Source: a virus. Taken from it: 64,000 bases of DNA. Below are positions 10,414 through 18,595 of the stretch, one piece after another; the first letter of the stretch is position 1, and each line of letters starts with the position of its first letter. The DNA lies in the IMG/VR virus record IMGVR_UViG_3300042305_001986, positions 54,537 to 118,536 of that record, one strand, 5' to 3'. The position numbers and the translations under genes are program-made. The notes beneath the pieces are model-generated. The model was not told the origin of the DNA and did no database searches. It was given only the letters and a program-made list of their open reading frames with translations.

Positions 10414-10743
10414 ATGAAAAAATTAGTTTACATCCTCCTGTCGGTAACAATCTTAACGTCTTGTGTTGGTGTTAAAAACACCGTAAATCGATCACGTGTT
10501 GATGAAGGAGAATCTTTCATCAAGTATGGTGTTGATGGGTATCCTGATGGGGTTGAGGTTTTTAAAGGAAGTGAATGTTTGATGACTGACGCAGAAATTC
10601 GTAGATTCAATAATCAGTGGGAAAGACAAGAGCGTAAAGCACGTAAACAATCCAAAAAAGAAGAAAAAGTTTTTTTGAAAGAACTTCATAGAATTACTGA
10701 GGAAACTCACAAAAATTTTTTAGAGACTTGTTGCGATGATTGA
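10414..10743 (+). CDS. Lipoprotein, paralog of 9269-9589
   Basis: LTSC lipobox; TATATTTG promoter element at 10384-10391. Confidence 0.75.
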   Translation: MKKLVYILLSVTILTSCVGVKNTVNRSRVDEGESFIKYGVDGYPDGVEVFKGSECLMTDAEIRRFNNQWERQERKARKQSKKEEKVFLKELHRITEETHKNFLETCCDD

Positions 10744-10755
10744 ATGATGAAGTTA

Positions 10756-12438
10756 TTATTTACTACCTATATAAGTAACTTTAATAAGTGAATTACTATC
10801 AACGAAAGTATATCCATTGACTCTTTCATTATCAGGAATTACACCCTCAATTTTTCCGCTGAATGTTATTTCTGCTTTTTGTCTACCTTGTTTAAAAAAG
10901 TAATATCCTCTAAATGGACCTTCAGTTATTTGTATTATCTCTCTATCTTTACCCTCACCATATAAGGTACTTAAGACATTCAAAAATTTGTCCTTCCTTT
11001 GTTCATTAACTTTGATTTCTTTATACCTAACATTTGTTTTGAGTTCTTGTCCGGGTTTTATAACATACATTTCTGAAACTCTATCAACACCTAATTTAAC
11101 ACTATAACCTTCTTCACTGTTATTCTTAACATTAAGTAGTAATATACTTCCTTCTAATTTATTACCAATTACTTTCATGACTGATTTATCTGAAACAATA
11201 TCGAACAATACGGGATTAGGGAATATTACGGTACTTTCTGTATTTTCAACTTTTTCCACAAAGTCTTGTTTTTCTTCACTCCTATAATTTTCATACCCTT
11301 CCACACCACCATATCTAGATACCATTTTCTCCGTATCGACAAGTTTATCCATTTCCTCTTTAGTTGCGGTGTAATTTTGAATTACATTACCACATTTATC
11401 CATTACTGCTAAAATTTTATTTTCTTTATTACCTCTATCAGCCTTTGGATTGACACATTGGTGATAAAGTATTTCTCCCTTTTTATTAGATAATTTGACT
11501 TCTTGTGTACTAGTATGACAATTATTTGACATACATTTAGTAAATAAAACCAATCGTTCATTATCTTGGAAGTAATAACCTTTCATTATTTGTTCTACTA
11601 AGTCAGGTGTGACTTTTAGTTTAGCAACTCTATCTCCACCCACATCTTTTCCTGAACCATTATTTAAATCAGCCACACCTATCAAAGTTTCATTTATGAA
11701 TACTTGAAACTTAGCCTCATCACATGAATGTCCCCCTCGACAAGGAAATTTACTGTCATACTTTTTATAATAACTTACATCAATCTCAAAATCAATCAAA
11801 CATGTATCTTCATATACATCTTCGGTTTTTATTGACTCCACACTGATATCGAATTTTATATATTGATCCTCTTTATATTTCGGGTCATTTGCGTTTTTTC
11901 GATCTTCTTCTTTAGTTCTATCGTACTTATGTTTTTGTGTACCTAACTCTACGTTTGTTTTAGGTTGAGGGATTATCGGTTTTGTTTTGATAATGCCATT
12001 TGTCACATAACTATCAAATATCTCATTGAGATAATTAACTAAGGTCTGTGCTCTTGCTTTTGCTAATGCGCCCGGTTCCATTCTACAACGATCAGTATAT
12101 TCTTTTGGTGGACATTTTTCTCTATCATAATTAGTAACCGCCGATTCACCAACCTCGAGGTTTATGGTTACTTTAGCGTTTGGATTTTCTTTTAAAAATC
12201 GGGCTATATTTTCTAAACCAGTTTTAATTTTTTCTTGAGACTCTGGAGATAAAGAGGTAAATTTATACTTACCTTGTTCAAAATTATTAGATCCTACGTC
12301 TATTTTTAAACTTTCTGTTGAGGTTTTTGTACTTACTTTAGTTTGTTCTTTACTTCCGAATGAGGGTTGTTGTTGCTCTGAAATCAAACCCATCATTTCT
12401 TTAATTCTACTGATTTCAACAATAATATCCTTTTTCAT
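10756..12438 (-). CDS. Late protein with OmpA-C-like (peptidoglycan-binding-like) domain
   Basis: Likely start MKKDIIVEISRIKEMMG; F..GKY.....L..I..FLKENPNAKVTI....S...N...LAKARAQTLVNYL pattern. Confidence 0.55.
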   Translation of the reverse strand: MKKDIIVEISRIKEMMGLISEQQQPSFGSKEQTKVSTKTSTESLKIDVGSNNFEQGKYKFTSLSPESQEKIKTGLENIARFLKENPNAKVTINLEVGESAVTNYDREKCPPKEYTDRCRMEPGALAKARAQTLVNYLNEIFDSYVTNGIIKTKPIIPQPKTNVELGTQKHKYDRTKEEDRKNANDPKYKEDQYIKFDISVESIKTEDVYEDTCLIDFEIDVSYYKKYDSKFPCRGGHSCDEAKFQVFINETLIGVADLNNGSGKDVGGDRVAKLKVTPDLVEQIMKGYYFQDNERLVLFTKCMSNNCHTSTQEVKLSNKKGEILYHQCVNPKADRGNKENKILAVMDKCGNVIQNYTATKEEMDKLVDTEKMVSRYGGVEGYENYRSEEKQDFVEKVENTESTVIFPNPVLFDIVSDKSVMKVIGNKLEGSILLLNVKNNSEEGYSVKLGVDRVSEMYVIKPGQELKTNVRYKEIKVNEQRKDKFLNVLSTLYGEGKDREIIQITEGPFRGYYFFKQGRQKAEITFSGKIEGVIPDNERVNGYTFVDSNSLIKVTYIGSK

Positions 12439-12509
12439 ACTGAATTTTCTCAATAAATAGTTGTATAATTATAAAAACGGTTGTATATTCGTAAAAATTT
12501 TGATAACAC

Positions 12510-13100
12510 ATGAAATTTTTGACCCTCATCCCTCTTTTGTTCTTCTCGTTATCGATGAAATCCCAAATCACAGGTATGACTCCAAAGATCTACACCTGTT
12601 TTGAATTAGAGGGGAAAGACACGATTATTGTTCCTTGTGAAGAACATCCTCACATCATCTCAAATACCCGTAACTTGGATCCTAATAAAACTAATATCGA
12701 TTCACTCTGTCATCAAATGAGTTTGAATTTTCATAACCACTTGAACAAAGTAAGGAGAGATTTGAATTTGAGTACATTATCTTATGATTCTTCTATGTTT
12801 ATCCTCTTAACTCATCCTCACAACTTATGGCAAGTTAAAAATGCAAAAGTTTCACATAGTGAAGGTAACTTAACATTATCTGAAAGATTTGAATATTACG
12901 GATACAACGGTATTGGAGAATGTGTGGCATACAATTTTAGATTTGATGAAACCCAAGAAAGTATGTTTCTAACTCAATATCGGGATAGTCCTTCTCATTG
13001 GAAAATTCTTACCGATCCAAAATACAATTATATTTCAATCTCCACCCTTTATGATCAAGATAAAAGAAGGTTTTACTCAACTGTAAATGTTAGAAAATGA
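12510..13100 (+). CDS. Secreted CAP (SCP) domain protein
   Basis: Signal peptide; LN..RR..NL..L.YD, SH, GECVA, YRDSPSHWKIL. Confidence 0.75.
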   Translation: MKFLTLIPLLFFSLSMKSQITGMTPKIYTCFELEGKDTIIVPCEEHPHIISNTRNLDPNKTNIDSLCHQMSLNFHNHLNKVRRDLNLSTLSYDSSMFILLTHPHNLWQVKNAKVSHSEGNLTLSERFEYYGYNGIGECVAYNFRFDETQESMFLTQYRDSPSHWKILTDPKYNYISISTLYDQDKRRFYSTVNVRK

Positions 13101-13621
13101 AAAAGTTATTTTTGTTAATGATTACTTGTGTTAACACCGCGTTTTCACAAGATGTTAGTTTAATTGAAAAAGAATTACTTCGACTTATCCAAGAAGAAAG
13201 GACAAAGGCGGGTTTAAATGAGGTTATTCATTTAGATATTTTGGATAGAACCGCAGATATTCAATCCGCTTATCTGTCAACTCTTAGTTATATTGGTGAT
13301 GTAACCCATTCACATCCCAATAAATCGTTGGAAGAACCTGAACAACGGTACATGAGTTTGAGAAAATATAATGATTATACTCTTATTTTTGAAAATATCA
13401 CAGTTTTCACATACCGAGCATCTGAAGGTGAACTATTAACCGCCTTACGTGCTCATAATAATTTTATGAAGTCGAAAGGTCACGCTCTTCGTGTGATGGA
13501 TGATCCAACCTGTATTTTTACCAAAGATAGATTACCTTATAATTACGGACACAGTATTGTATACGACAAAAAAAATAACTGGATTATCGTGGTTCAAGTA
13601 TTTCAAATTAGTTTTAAATAA
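13097..13621 (+). CDS. Secreted CAP (SCP) domain protein
   Basis: Signal (AFSQ); I..ER.KAGL, THSH, FENI, FMKSKGH. Confidence 0.75.
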   Translation: MKKLFLLMITCVNTAFSQDVSLIEKELLRLIQEERTKAGLNEVIHLDILDRTADIQSAYLSTLSYIGDVTHSHPNKSLEEPEQRYMSLRKYNDYTLIFENITVFTYRASEGELLTALRAHNNFMKSKGHALRVMDDPTCIFTKDRLPYNYGHSIVYDKKNNWIIVVQVFQISFK

Positions 13622-13782
13622 TTTAGATGTATTTCCAAAAACACTTGGAATGTCATTATCTATTATTAGGTGTGAAATCCTTAATAAAAGACAAAATAAG
13701 AATCTTGTAGAATAACCATTTCAATATCCACTCCTTATGACAAAGAACAAAGAAGGTTTTACTCAACTGTAAATGTTAGAAG

Positions 13783-14313
13783 ATGAAAAAGTTACTTCTG
13801 TTGATGATTACTTGTGTTCACACTGCGTTTTCACAAGATGTTAGTTTAATTGAAAAAGAATTACTTCGACTTATCCAAGAAGAAAGGACAAAGGCGGGTT
13901 TGAATGAGGTTATTCATTTAGATATCTTGGATAGAACCGCTGAGATTCAATCAACTTACTTGGCCACTCTTAGTAATATTGGTGATGTTACCCATTCACA
14001 TCCCAATAAATCGTTGGAAGAACCTGATCAACGTTACTTGAGTTTGAAAAGAGGGGATATTTCTACTTCTATTTTTGAAAATATTACAGTTTTTACGTAT
14101 CGTCCAAGTGAAGGTGAACTATTAACCGCCTTACGTGCCCATAATAATTTTATGAAGTCGAAAGGTCACTCACTAATTGTAATGAATGACCTAACTTGCG
14201 TCTTTTCTGAAAATAAACCAGAATATAATTACGGACATAGTATTATTTTTGACAAAAAAAATAATTGGATTATTGTAGTACAAATATTCCAAGGTAGATA
14301 TGAAAGATGTTGA
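13783..14313 (+). CDS. Secreted CAP domain protein, recent duplicate of 13097-13621
   Basis: Long stretches identical at DNA level to 13097-13621. Confidence 0.75.
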   Translation: MKKLLLLMITCVHTAFSQDVSLIEKELLRLIQEERTKAGLNEVIHLDILDRTAEIQSTYLATLSNIGDVTHSHPNKSLEEPDQRYLSLKRGDISTSIFENITVFTYRPSEGELLTALRAHNNFMKSKGHSLIVMNDLTCVFSENKPEYNYGHSIIFDKKNNWIIVVQIFQGRYERC

Positions 14314-14356
14314 AATCTTACTCCAATCCTTAGAAATCTATCAGTGTTAAAAAATT

Positions 14357-15610
14357 TTATCTTGCTCGATAATTAGGTTGATCGTCGGGGATATAGAAAA
14401 CAAAATAACTTTTCGATAATCTAATCATTTTTATTTGTTTTCCATCAACTACATGAACTTCTATAGCGTCATCACCACCATATCTTGTATTTTGAGTTGT
14501 CATTGGACCTACCCAATAAAAATCTCTTGGTACATTATTAAAATCAGGAGCATATTGATTTTTTGGTTCTATGGTACCAACTAAATTGTTACCTACATAA
14601 AACTTATCTTCACTTATCGAAGCTTTCATTTGACCACTCAACTTTGGTATATTTAAACTTTTTGCCAATTCATAGGAAATGAACGTACCTTCATTACCTC
14701 TCTTATCGTAGACCAAATAACCGTCAATAAATTCTCTACGACCTTCCTTGAATAATTCAACCTTGACACTTTGATTCTTCGGAAGGGTTCCAACCTCTGA
14801 TTTTTTCGTTGCTTCGTCATCTGAAGGCAGTGGCCGATTAACCACCAAAACTTCAGCGTTTGGATTGAGAACAATTGTTCTAAATTCTTCACCTCTTCTA
14901 TTTGGTTGTCCATAATAATTTATACCCGGTAAAACATTAATCTTTAAGTCAAAACCGGTAGCTTCTTTGATTTTTTCTATTAATACTTTAGCATATTCAT
15001 TAGCTCTATTATCTGCCAAATATTGGTTCATCTTTTTAGGATCTGTTTCACCATTATACGGTTTTGGATCAGGATGATCTAAAGAACTGTAACCCTGTGG
15101 GACCTTCAGTGTTGGTGTGGCAGAGTCTGCGCTTCCCTGTATCGTTACATTAGTTAATTTATTACCTCCACCCATTTTTATATATTCAGTGAATAATTTA
15201 ACAATTTGTTTAAATTTATCAAGTGCCTCAGGATACTTATCAAAGTATGGTTTAACCATATTATCCGCATATGGTAAATCACCACCTTGAAGTGTAAATT
15301 TTTCTAAAGTCATTTCCTCTGAAGGTTCCGTAATTTTTTCTGTGGAATCTTTTTTTACCTGAGAGTTATAAACATATTCTCGAACAACAAATCCCTCTTC
15401 ACCAACATAATACGCAAGAGGTTTGCCGTCCAAAACGGAAAAGTTCAAAGTACCACTATCTCTATTCTTCCAACTGTAAGGGAGATCCTTTTTTCTTCTT
15501 CTATATTTTTTAACTTTCCTTTGACCGACCACATCACCAGGAGTTTGTTCATTTACAAACCCCATCATCTCTCTAATACGATATATTTCGGATAAAACTT
15601 TCCTTTCCAT
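14357..15610 (-). CDS. Late protein with OmpA-C-like domain
   Basis: N-term MERKVLSEIYRIREMMG; VTIQGSADS...NQYLADNRA...L...R motif typical of OmpA-C fold. Confidence 0.6.
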   Translation of the reverse strand: MERKVLSEIYRIREMMGFVNEQTPGDVVGQRKVKKYRRRKKDLPYSWKNRDSGTLNFSVLDGKPLAYYVGEEGFVVREYVYNSQVKKDSTEKITEPSEEMTLEKFTLQGGDLPYADNMVKPYFDKYPEALDKFKQIVKLFTEYIKMGGGNKLTNVTIQGSADSATPTLKVPQGYSSLDHPDPKPYNGETDPKKMNQYLADNRANEYAKVLIEKIKEATGFDLKINVLPGINYYGQPNRRGEEFRTIVLNPNAEVLVVNRPLPSDDEATKKSEVGTLPKNQSVKVELFKEGRREFIDGYLVYDKRGNEGTFISYELAKSLNIPKLSGQMKASISEDKFYVGNNLVGTIEPKNQYAPDFNNVPRDFYWVGPMTTQNTRYGGDDAIEVHVVDGKQIKMIRLSKSYFVFYIPDDQPNYRAR

Positions 15611-15702
15611 ATGATTTTTCTTAATAAATACCTATGCGTTTCGAAAAAAATTTGGTTTATTGAAAAACAATTCATATATTTGTGTTCTGAAAAAACAACA
15701 AC

Positions 15703-16125
15703 ATGAAAAAGGTATTCAACTTGGGTGTTGGCAACACGATCAAAATGAACCGCAAGTTCGGAATGCAGATCAAGGAAAAATATGGATTGACCTTTTTTCC
15801 CCGAGTTGTGGATGTGGTTGGATTGGTTGACCTTGACAAAACCAACATGAACTTGGTGATCAAGCTCACCAAAGAAAATGGAAAGGTTTGCCGTTGTTGC
15901 GGGGCAACCCTCAAGACACCAATGTCACAACTCACCAGCATCGGACCGGTATGTTCCAAACACTTGGGAGTGAAGTTCCCAACCACACAGAACCAAGTTG
16001 AATCGTTCCGTCAAGAAATTGAAAACAAGATCGAATCTCTTGGTGAATTTGAAATCAAAATCCCGAAGAGTCAGATTGACAAATGGGAAGGGGATGCATC
16101 GATGCTCGTCAATGTTCTCGTTTAA
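15703..16125 (+). CDS. Early zinc-finger protein (DUF6011-like)
   Basis: CRCCG.TL..P.S....IGPVC; TATATTTG at 15675-15682. Confidence 0.65.
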   Translation: MKKVFNLGVGNTIKMNRKFGMQIKEKYGLTFFPRVVDVVGLVDLDKTNMNLVIKLTKENGKVCRCCGATLKTPMSQLTSIGPVCSKHLGVKFPTTQNQVESFRQEIENKIESLGEFEIKIPKSQIDKWEGDASMLVNVLV

Positions 16126-16559
16126 AAATTGAAAAACTTGTTGAGTTTTTTCAGAGTATAATATGAGGGAACCCATCCGTTGAAATTAAAATCCGGATCT
16201 ACCTGTTCCCTCATATTTTCTTCAAATTCTTTGGCTTCGATATTATTCTTATATGTAATACCTGAGACATATTGAATTATATCTTTTGGATGATATCCGC
16301 TCAACATACCAAAGACAACGGTCATGGGTTCACTTCCAAAAATGGATTCAAATCCTTCATCGGGAAACTTACTTAAAATAAAGGGCAACAATTCATTCAT
16401 TTCTTCACAAGCATCCTCATCATCCTCATCCAAACAGTTAATAAAAACATTCCAAAGATATTGATCATCATACGGATGAAAATCATATACATATGAAACA
16501 TTTGTTCCATATTTTTTGTCAAATTCAACCGATGGTTTTTCGTTTAGATAAAATTTCAT
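16122..16559 (-). CDS. Hypothetical protein
   Basis: 145-aa ORF with TATTTAT upstream. Confidence 0.6.
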   Translation of the reverse strand: MKFYLNEKPSVEFDKKYGTNVSYVYDFHPYDDQYLWNVFINCLDEDDEDACEEMNELLPFILSKFPDEGFESIFGSEPMTVVFGMLSGYHPKDIIQYVSGITYKNNIEAKEFEENMREQVDPDFNFNGWVPSYYTLKKLNKFFNF

Positions 16560-16582
16560 AGATAAAATTTCATAGATAAAAT
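16545..16582. repeat. 14-bp tandem repeat TAGATAAAATTTCA (about 2.7 copies) spanning a start codon
   Basis: Copies at 16545, 16559 and 16573 (partial). Confidence 0.8.
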
Positions 16583-16736
16583 GAATACTTTTTATAAATA
16601 CCTTGAGAATTATAAATCACAGAATTGGTTTATCAAAACGTTAACTTTGATGGTTTTTTTTCTTCCTGGAGGTTTGTTGCTTCTTGGAGGAATTATATTA
16701 ATCGATAACTTAATTAAGAATTTTAGAAGTTCATGA
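16581..16736 (+). CDS. Small membrane protein (51 aa)
   Basis: Below ORF-track cutoff; MNTFYKYL...TLTLMVFFLPGGLLLLGGIILI hydrophobic segment. Confidence 0.45.
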   Translation: MNTFYKYLENYKSQNWFIKTLTLMVFFLPGGLLLLGGIILIDNLIKNFRSS

Positions 16737-16765
16737 ATATTTATTAATATAAAACAAAAAAGCCC

Positions 16766-16999
16766 ATGAACACAGAAAAATTTAAATCAGTTGTAAGACA
16801 CGCTCTCACAGCTATCGGTACCTTATTGGTATTCTTTGGATTGAACAGTTATGTTCCTTTGGTTGATTATCTAACGGAGAACTTGGACGGAACAGTCCAA
16901 GCTATCGAAGTCCTTGTCGGTTTTGTATTGGTCGTCTTTGGTTTCTTGAGAAACAAAGACCGGTTCCAACTGTCGAATAAGGAAGAACAAAACGGTTAA
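16766..16999 (+). CDS. Small two-TM membrane protein, holin-like
   Basis: RHALTAIG.LLV and second hydrophobic helix, charged tail; TATTTAT at 16738. Confidence 0.55.
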   Translation: MNTEKFKSVVRHALTAIGTLLVFFGLNSYVPLVDYLTENLDGTVQAIEVLVGFVLVVFGFLRNKDRFQLSNKEEQNG

Positions 17000-17009
17000 A
17001 CACCTGAAG

Positions 17010-17039
17010 CCCTCCACCAAAAAGTGGAGGGTTTTTTTT
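17010..17039 (+). terminator. Intrinsic terminator
   Basis: CCCTCCAC-loop-GTGGAGGG followed by T8. Confidence 0.8.
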
Positions 17040-17084
17040 GATTATAAAATTAAAATAAACTATAATTCATTTAAAATTTTAATT

Positions 17085-17579
17085 ATGGAAGCTGTTTTGG
17101 TTTTAAACGCAGATTATACACCCATCAATACAACAACTTTAACGAGGGGATTCGTCTTGGTACATAAAGGAAAGGCTGAAATTTTGAAAGGAGGAGAAAA
17201 ACCCATCGCAACTTCGATCGGAAATTTTATCAGACCGTTGATCATTCGTCTTTTGCATTATGTAAGTTTTAGACCCGTGAAATCACGTATCTCAAGACAC
17301 AAGATATACAAAAGAGATAATCATGAATGTGTTTATTGTGGAACCAAAAATGATCTATCCATCGATCACGTAATTCCAAAATCAAGGGGAGGAGGGAATA
17401 CTTGGGCAAATCTTGTGACTTGTTGCAAGAAATGTAATTCAAGGAAGGGGAATAGAACTCCTGAAGAAGCAAATATGAAATTTGTAAAAAAGGTTGAAGT
17501 ACCCAAAACTTTCTGTGGGATCTTTACAGTTGAAGCAGAAAAAATGTATAATGAGTTTATGACAAGTTTCTCTTATTGA
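17085..17579 (+). CDS. HNH endonuclease family protein (McrA-like)
   Basis: RD...C.YCG...SIDHVIPKSRGG.NTW.NLVTCC.KCN..KG. Confidence 0.88.
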   Translation: MEAVLVLNADYTPINTTTLTRGFVLVHKGKAEILKGGEKPIATSIGNFIRPLIIRLLHYVSFRPVKSRISRHKIYKRDNHECVYCGTKNDLSIDHVIPKSRGGGNTWANLVTCCKKCNSRKGNRTPEEANMKFVKKVEVPKTFCGIFTVEAEKMYNEFMTSFSY

Positions 17580-17623
17580 TTTTTTTAGAATAATTCATAT
17601 ATTTATAATCAGAATTTAAAACA

Positions 17624-17707
17624 ATGCTCAACAAAAAAGGACATATCAAAGGATTTAACGGCTGTGATTGGCAGCAGGAACCACCATGTCCATTTGTTCG
17701 GGTATAA
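17624..17707 (+). CDS. Putative leader peptide MLNKKGHIKGFNGCDWQQEPPCPFVRV
   Basis: 27-codon ORF after TATTTAT (17600-17606) with A-rich start context; its 3' end carries the antiterminator strand. Confidence 0.65.
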   Translation: MLNKKGHIKGFNGCDWQQEPPCPFVRV

Positions 17708-17760
17708 AAAGTATATTTTTAAAAAAAATGTAACCCGAACAACAAAAGTTCGGGTTTTTT
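17694..17760 (+). terminator. Attenuator: intrinsic terminator with alternative antiterminator
   Basis: AACCCGAAC(17732-40)/GTTCGGGTT(17748-56)+T-run; TTGTTCGGGT(17694-703) is the exact complement of ACCCGAACAA(17733-42). Confidence 0.75.
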
Positions 17761-17764
17761 GTTG

Positions 17765-17785
17765 TATATTTGTGTTGTTCTTTGA
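17765..17785 (+). promoter_or_regulatory. Host-sigma -7 element plus boxA-like site for tRNA cluster
   Basis: TATATTTG then GTTCTTTGA. Confidence 0.6.
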
Positions 17786-17803
17786 TATATGAGGAAAAAA
17801 AAA

Positions 17804-17875
17804 GCAATGGTAGCTCAATGGTAGAGTTCCAGTCTTCCAAACTGGATGTTGTGGGTTCGAATCCCATCCATTGCT
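17804..17875 (+). tRNA. tRNA-Gly(TCC)
   Basis: GCAATGG/CCATTGC acceptor; CCAGT-CTTCCAA-ACTGG; GGTTCGAATCC. Confidence 0.92.
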
Positions 17876-17882
17876 CAAAAAT

Positions 17883-17983
17883 AGTCAGGTAGTGGATATG
17901 TAAGCGGGCTCAAGCTCGGTAAGTCGAAAAGGTATGATCCTCTTTACGAGGCCACATTGCAGGTTCGAATCCTGTCCTGACTT
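17883..17983 (+). ncRNA. Non-canonical tRNA-like RNA (acceptor + T arm, no normal D/anticodon arm)
   Basis: AGTCAGG/CCTGACT acceptor; GCAGG-TTCGAAT-CCTGT T arm; central region non-cloverleaf. Confidence 0.7.
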
Positions 17984-17989
17984 CAAAAT

Positions 17990-18065
17990 GCGTCAGTAAC
18001 TCAATTGGTAGAGTGGTTATCTCCAAAGTAACAAGTTGTGGGTTCGAGTCCTACCTGACGTGCCA
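17990..18065 (+). tRNA. tRNA-Trp(CCA), CCA end encoded
   Basis: GCGTCAG/CTGACGT; GTTAT-CTCCAAA-GTAAC. Confidence 0.9.
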
Positions 18066-18069
18066 ATAA

Positions 18070-18140
18070 GGTCGGATGTCCGAGTGGTTAGGTGAATCTC
18101 TGCAAAAGATTTAACACTGGTTCGAATCCAGTTCCGACCT
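18070..18140 (+). tRNA. tRNA-Cys(GCA)
   Basis: GGTCGGA/TCCGACC, U73; AATCT-CTGCAAA-AGATT. Confidence 0.92.
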
Positions 18141-18144
18141 CTAC

Positions 18145-18215
18145 TTCTCCATAGTATAATGGTAAAACAACGGATTTTGGTTCCGTGGTTTTAGGTTCGA
18201 GTCCTGATGGGGAAA
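18145..18215 (+). tRNA. tRNA-Gln(TTG)
   Basis: TTCTCCA/TGGGGAA; ACGGA-TTTTGGT-TCCGT. Confidence 0.88.
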
Positions 18216-18230
18216 CAATGTTATATATTA

Positions 18231-18322
18231 GGTGTGGGCATGACCACAAATAAACAAAGGCGGGTTGGTTTCCCAACTTCGGAGAAATTCGGAGAGTCTG
18301 AGTTCGATTCTCACCCACACTC
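18231..18322 (+). ncRNA. Non-canonical tRNA-like RNA, 8-bp acceptor / 4-bp T stem
   Basis: GGTGTGGG/CCCACACT; TGAG-TTCGATT-CTCA; collapsed anticodon-like hairpin GGTTGG-TTTC-CCAACT; extra arm TTCGGA-GAAA-TTCGGA. Confidence 0.6.
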
Positions 18323-18345
18323 TAATATATAATTAATTATAAAAT

Positions 18346-18417
18346 GGCCCATTCGTCTAAAAGTAAGGACATTTGGTTTTCATCCAAAAAATCTCGGAGC
18401 GTTACCGGGATGGGCTA
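18346..18417 (+). tRNA. tRNA-Glu(TTC), atypical D and T loops
   Basis: GGCCCAT/ATGGGCT; TTTGG-TTTTCAT-CCAAA; T loop AGCGTTA. Confidence 0.82.
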
Positions 18418-18425
18418 CTAATAAA

Positions 18426-18497
18426 GGTCTATTGGTGAAGTGGCTATCATACCTGCCTGTCACGCAGGAGTAGAGGGGTCGGAACCCTCATAGACCG
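18426..18497 (+). tRNA. tRNA-Asp(GTC), atypical T loop
   Basis: GGTCTAT/ATAGACC, G73; CCTGC-CTGTCAC-GCAGG; T loop GTCGGAA. Confidence 0.87.
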
Positions 18498-18595
18498 CAT
18501 TTGTTTTATTAACTCCACCGAAAAACCCACAAATCTTTAGTTTGTGGGATAAAAGGTTTGATTAAACATTTCTTAATTTAGGAATATTTATTTAC

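Noticed and set aside
13097-14313. DGR template/variable repeat pair
   Set aside because: Both copies are intact ORFs and differences are not adenine-restricted.
17609-18318. Minus-strand ORFs over the tRNA cluster (likewise 23856-24332, 30677-30895, 45249-45641)
   Set aside because: Antisense shadows of tRNA genes.
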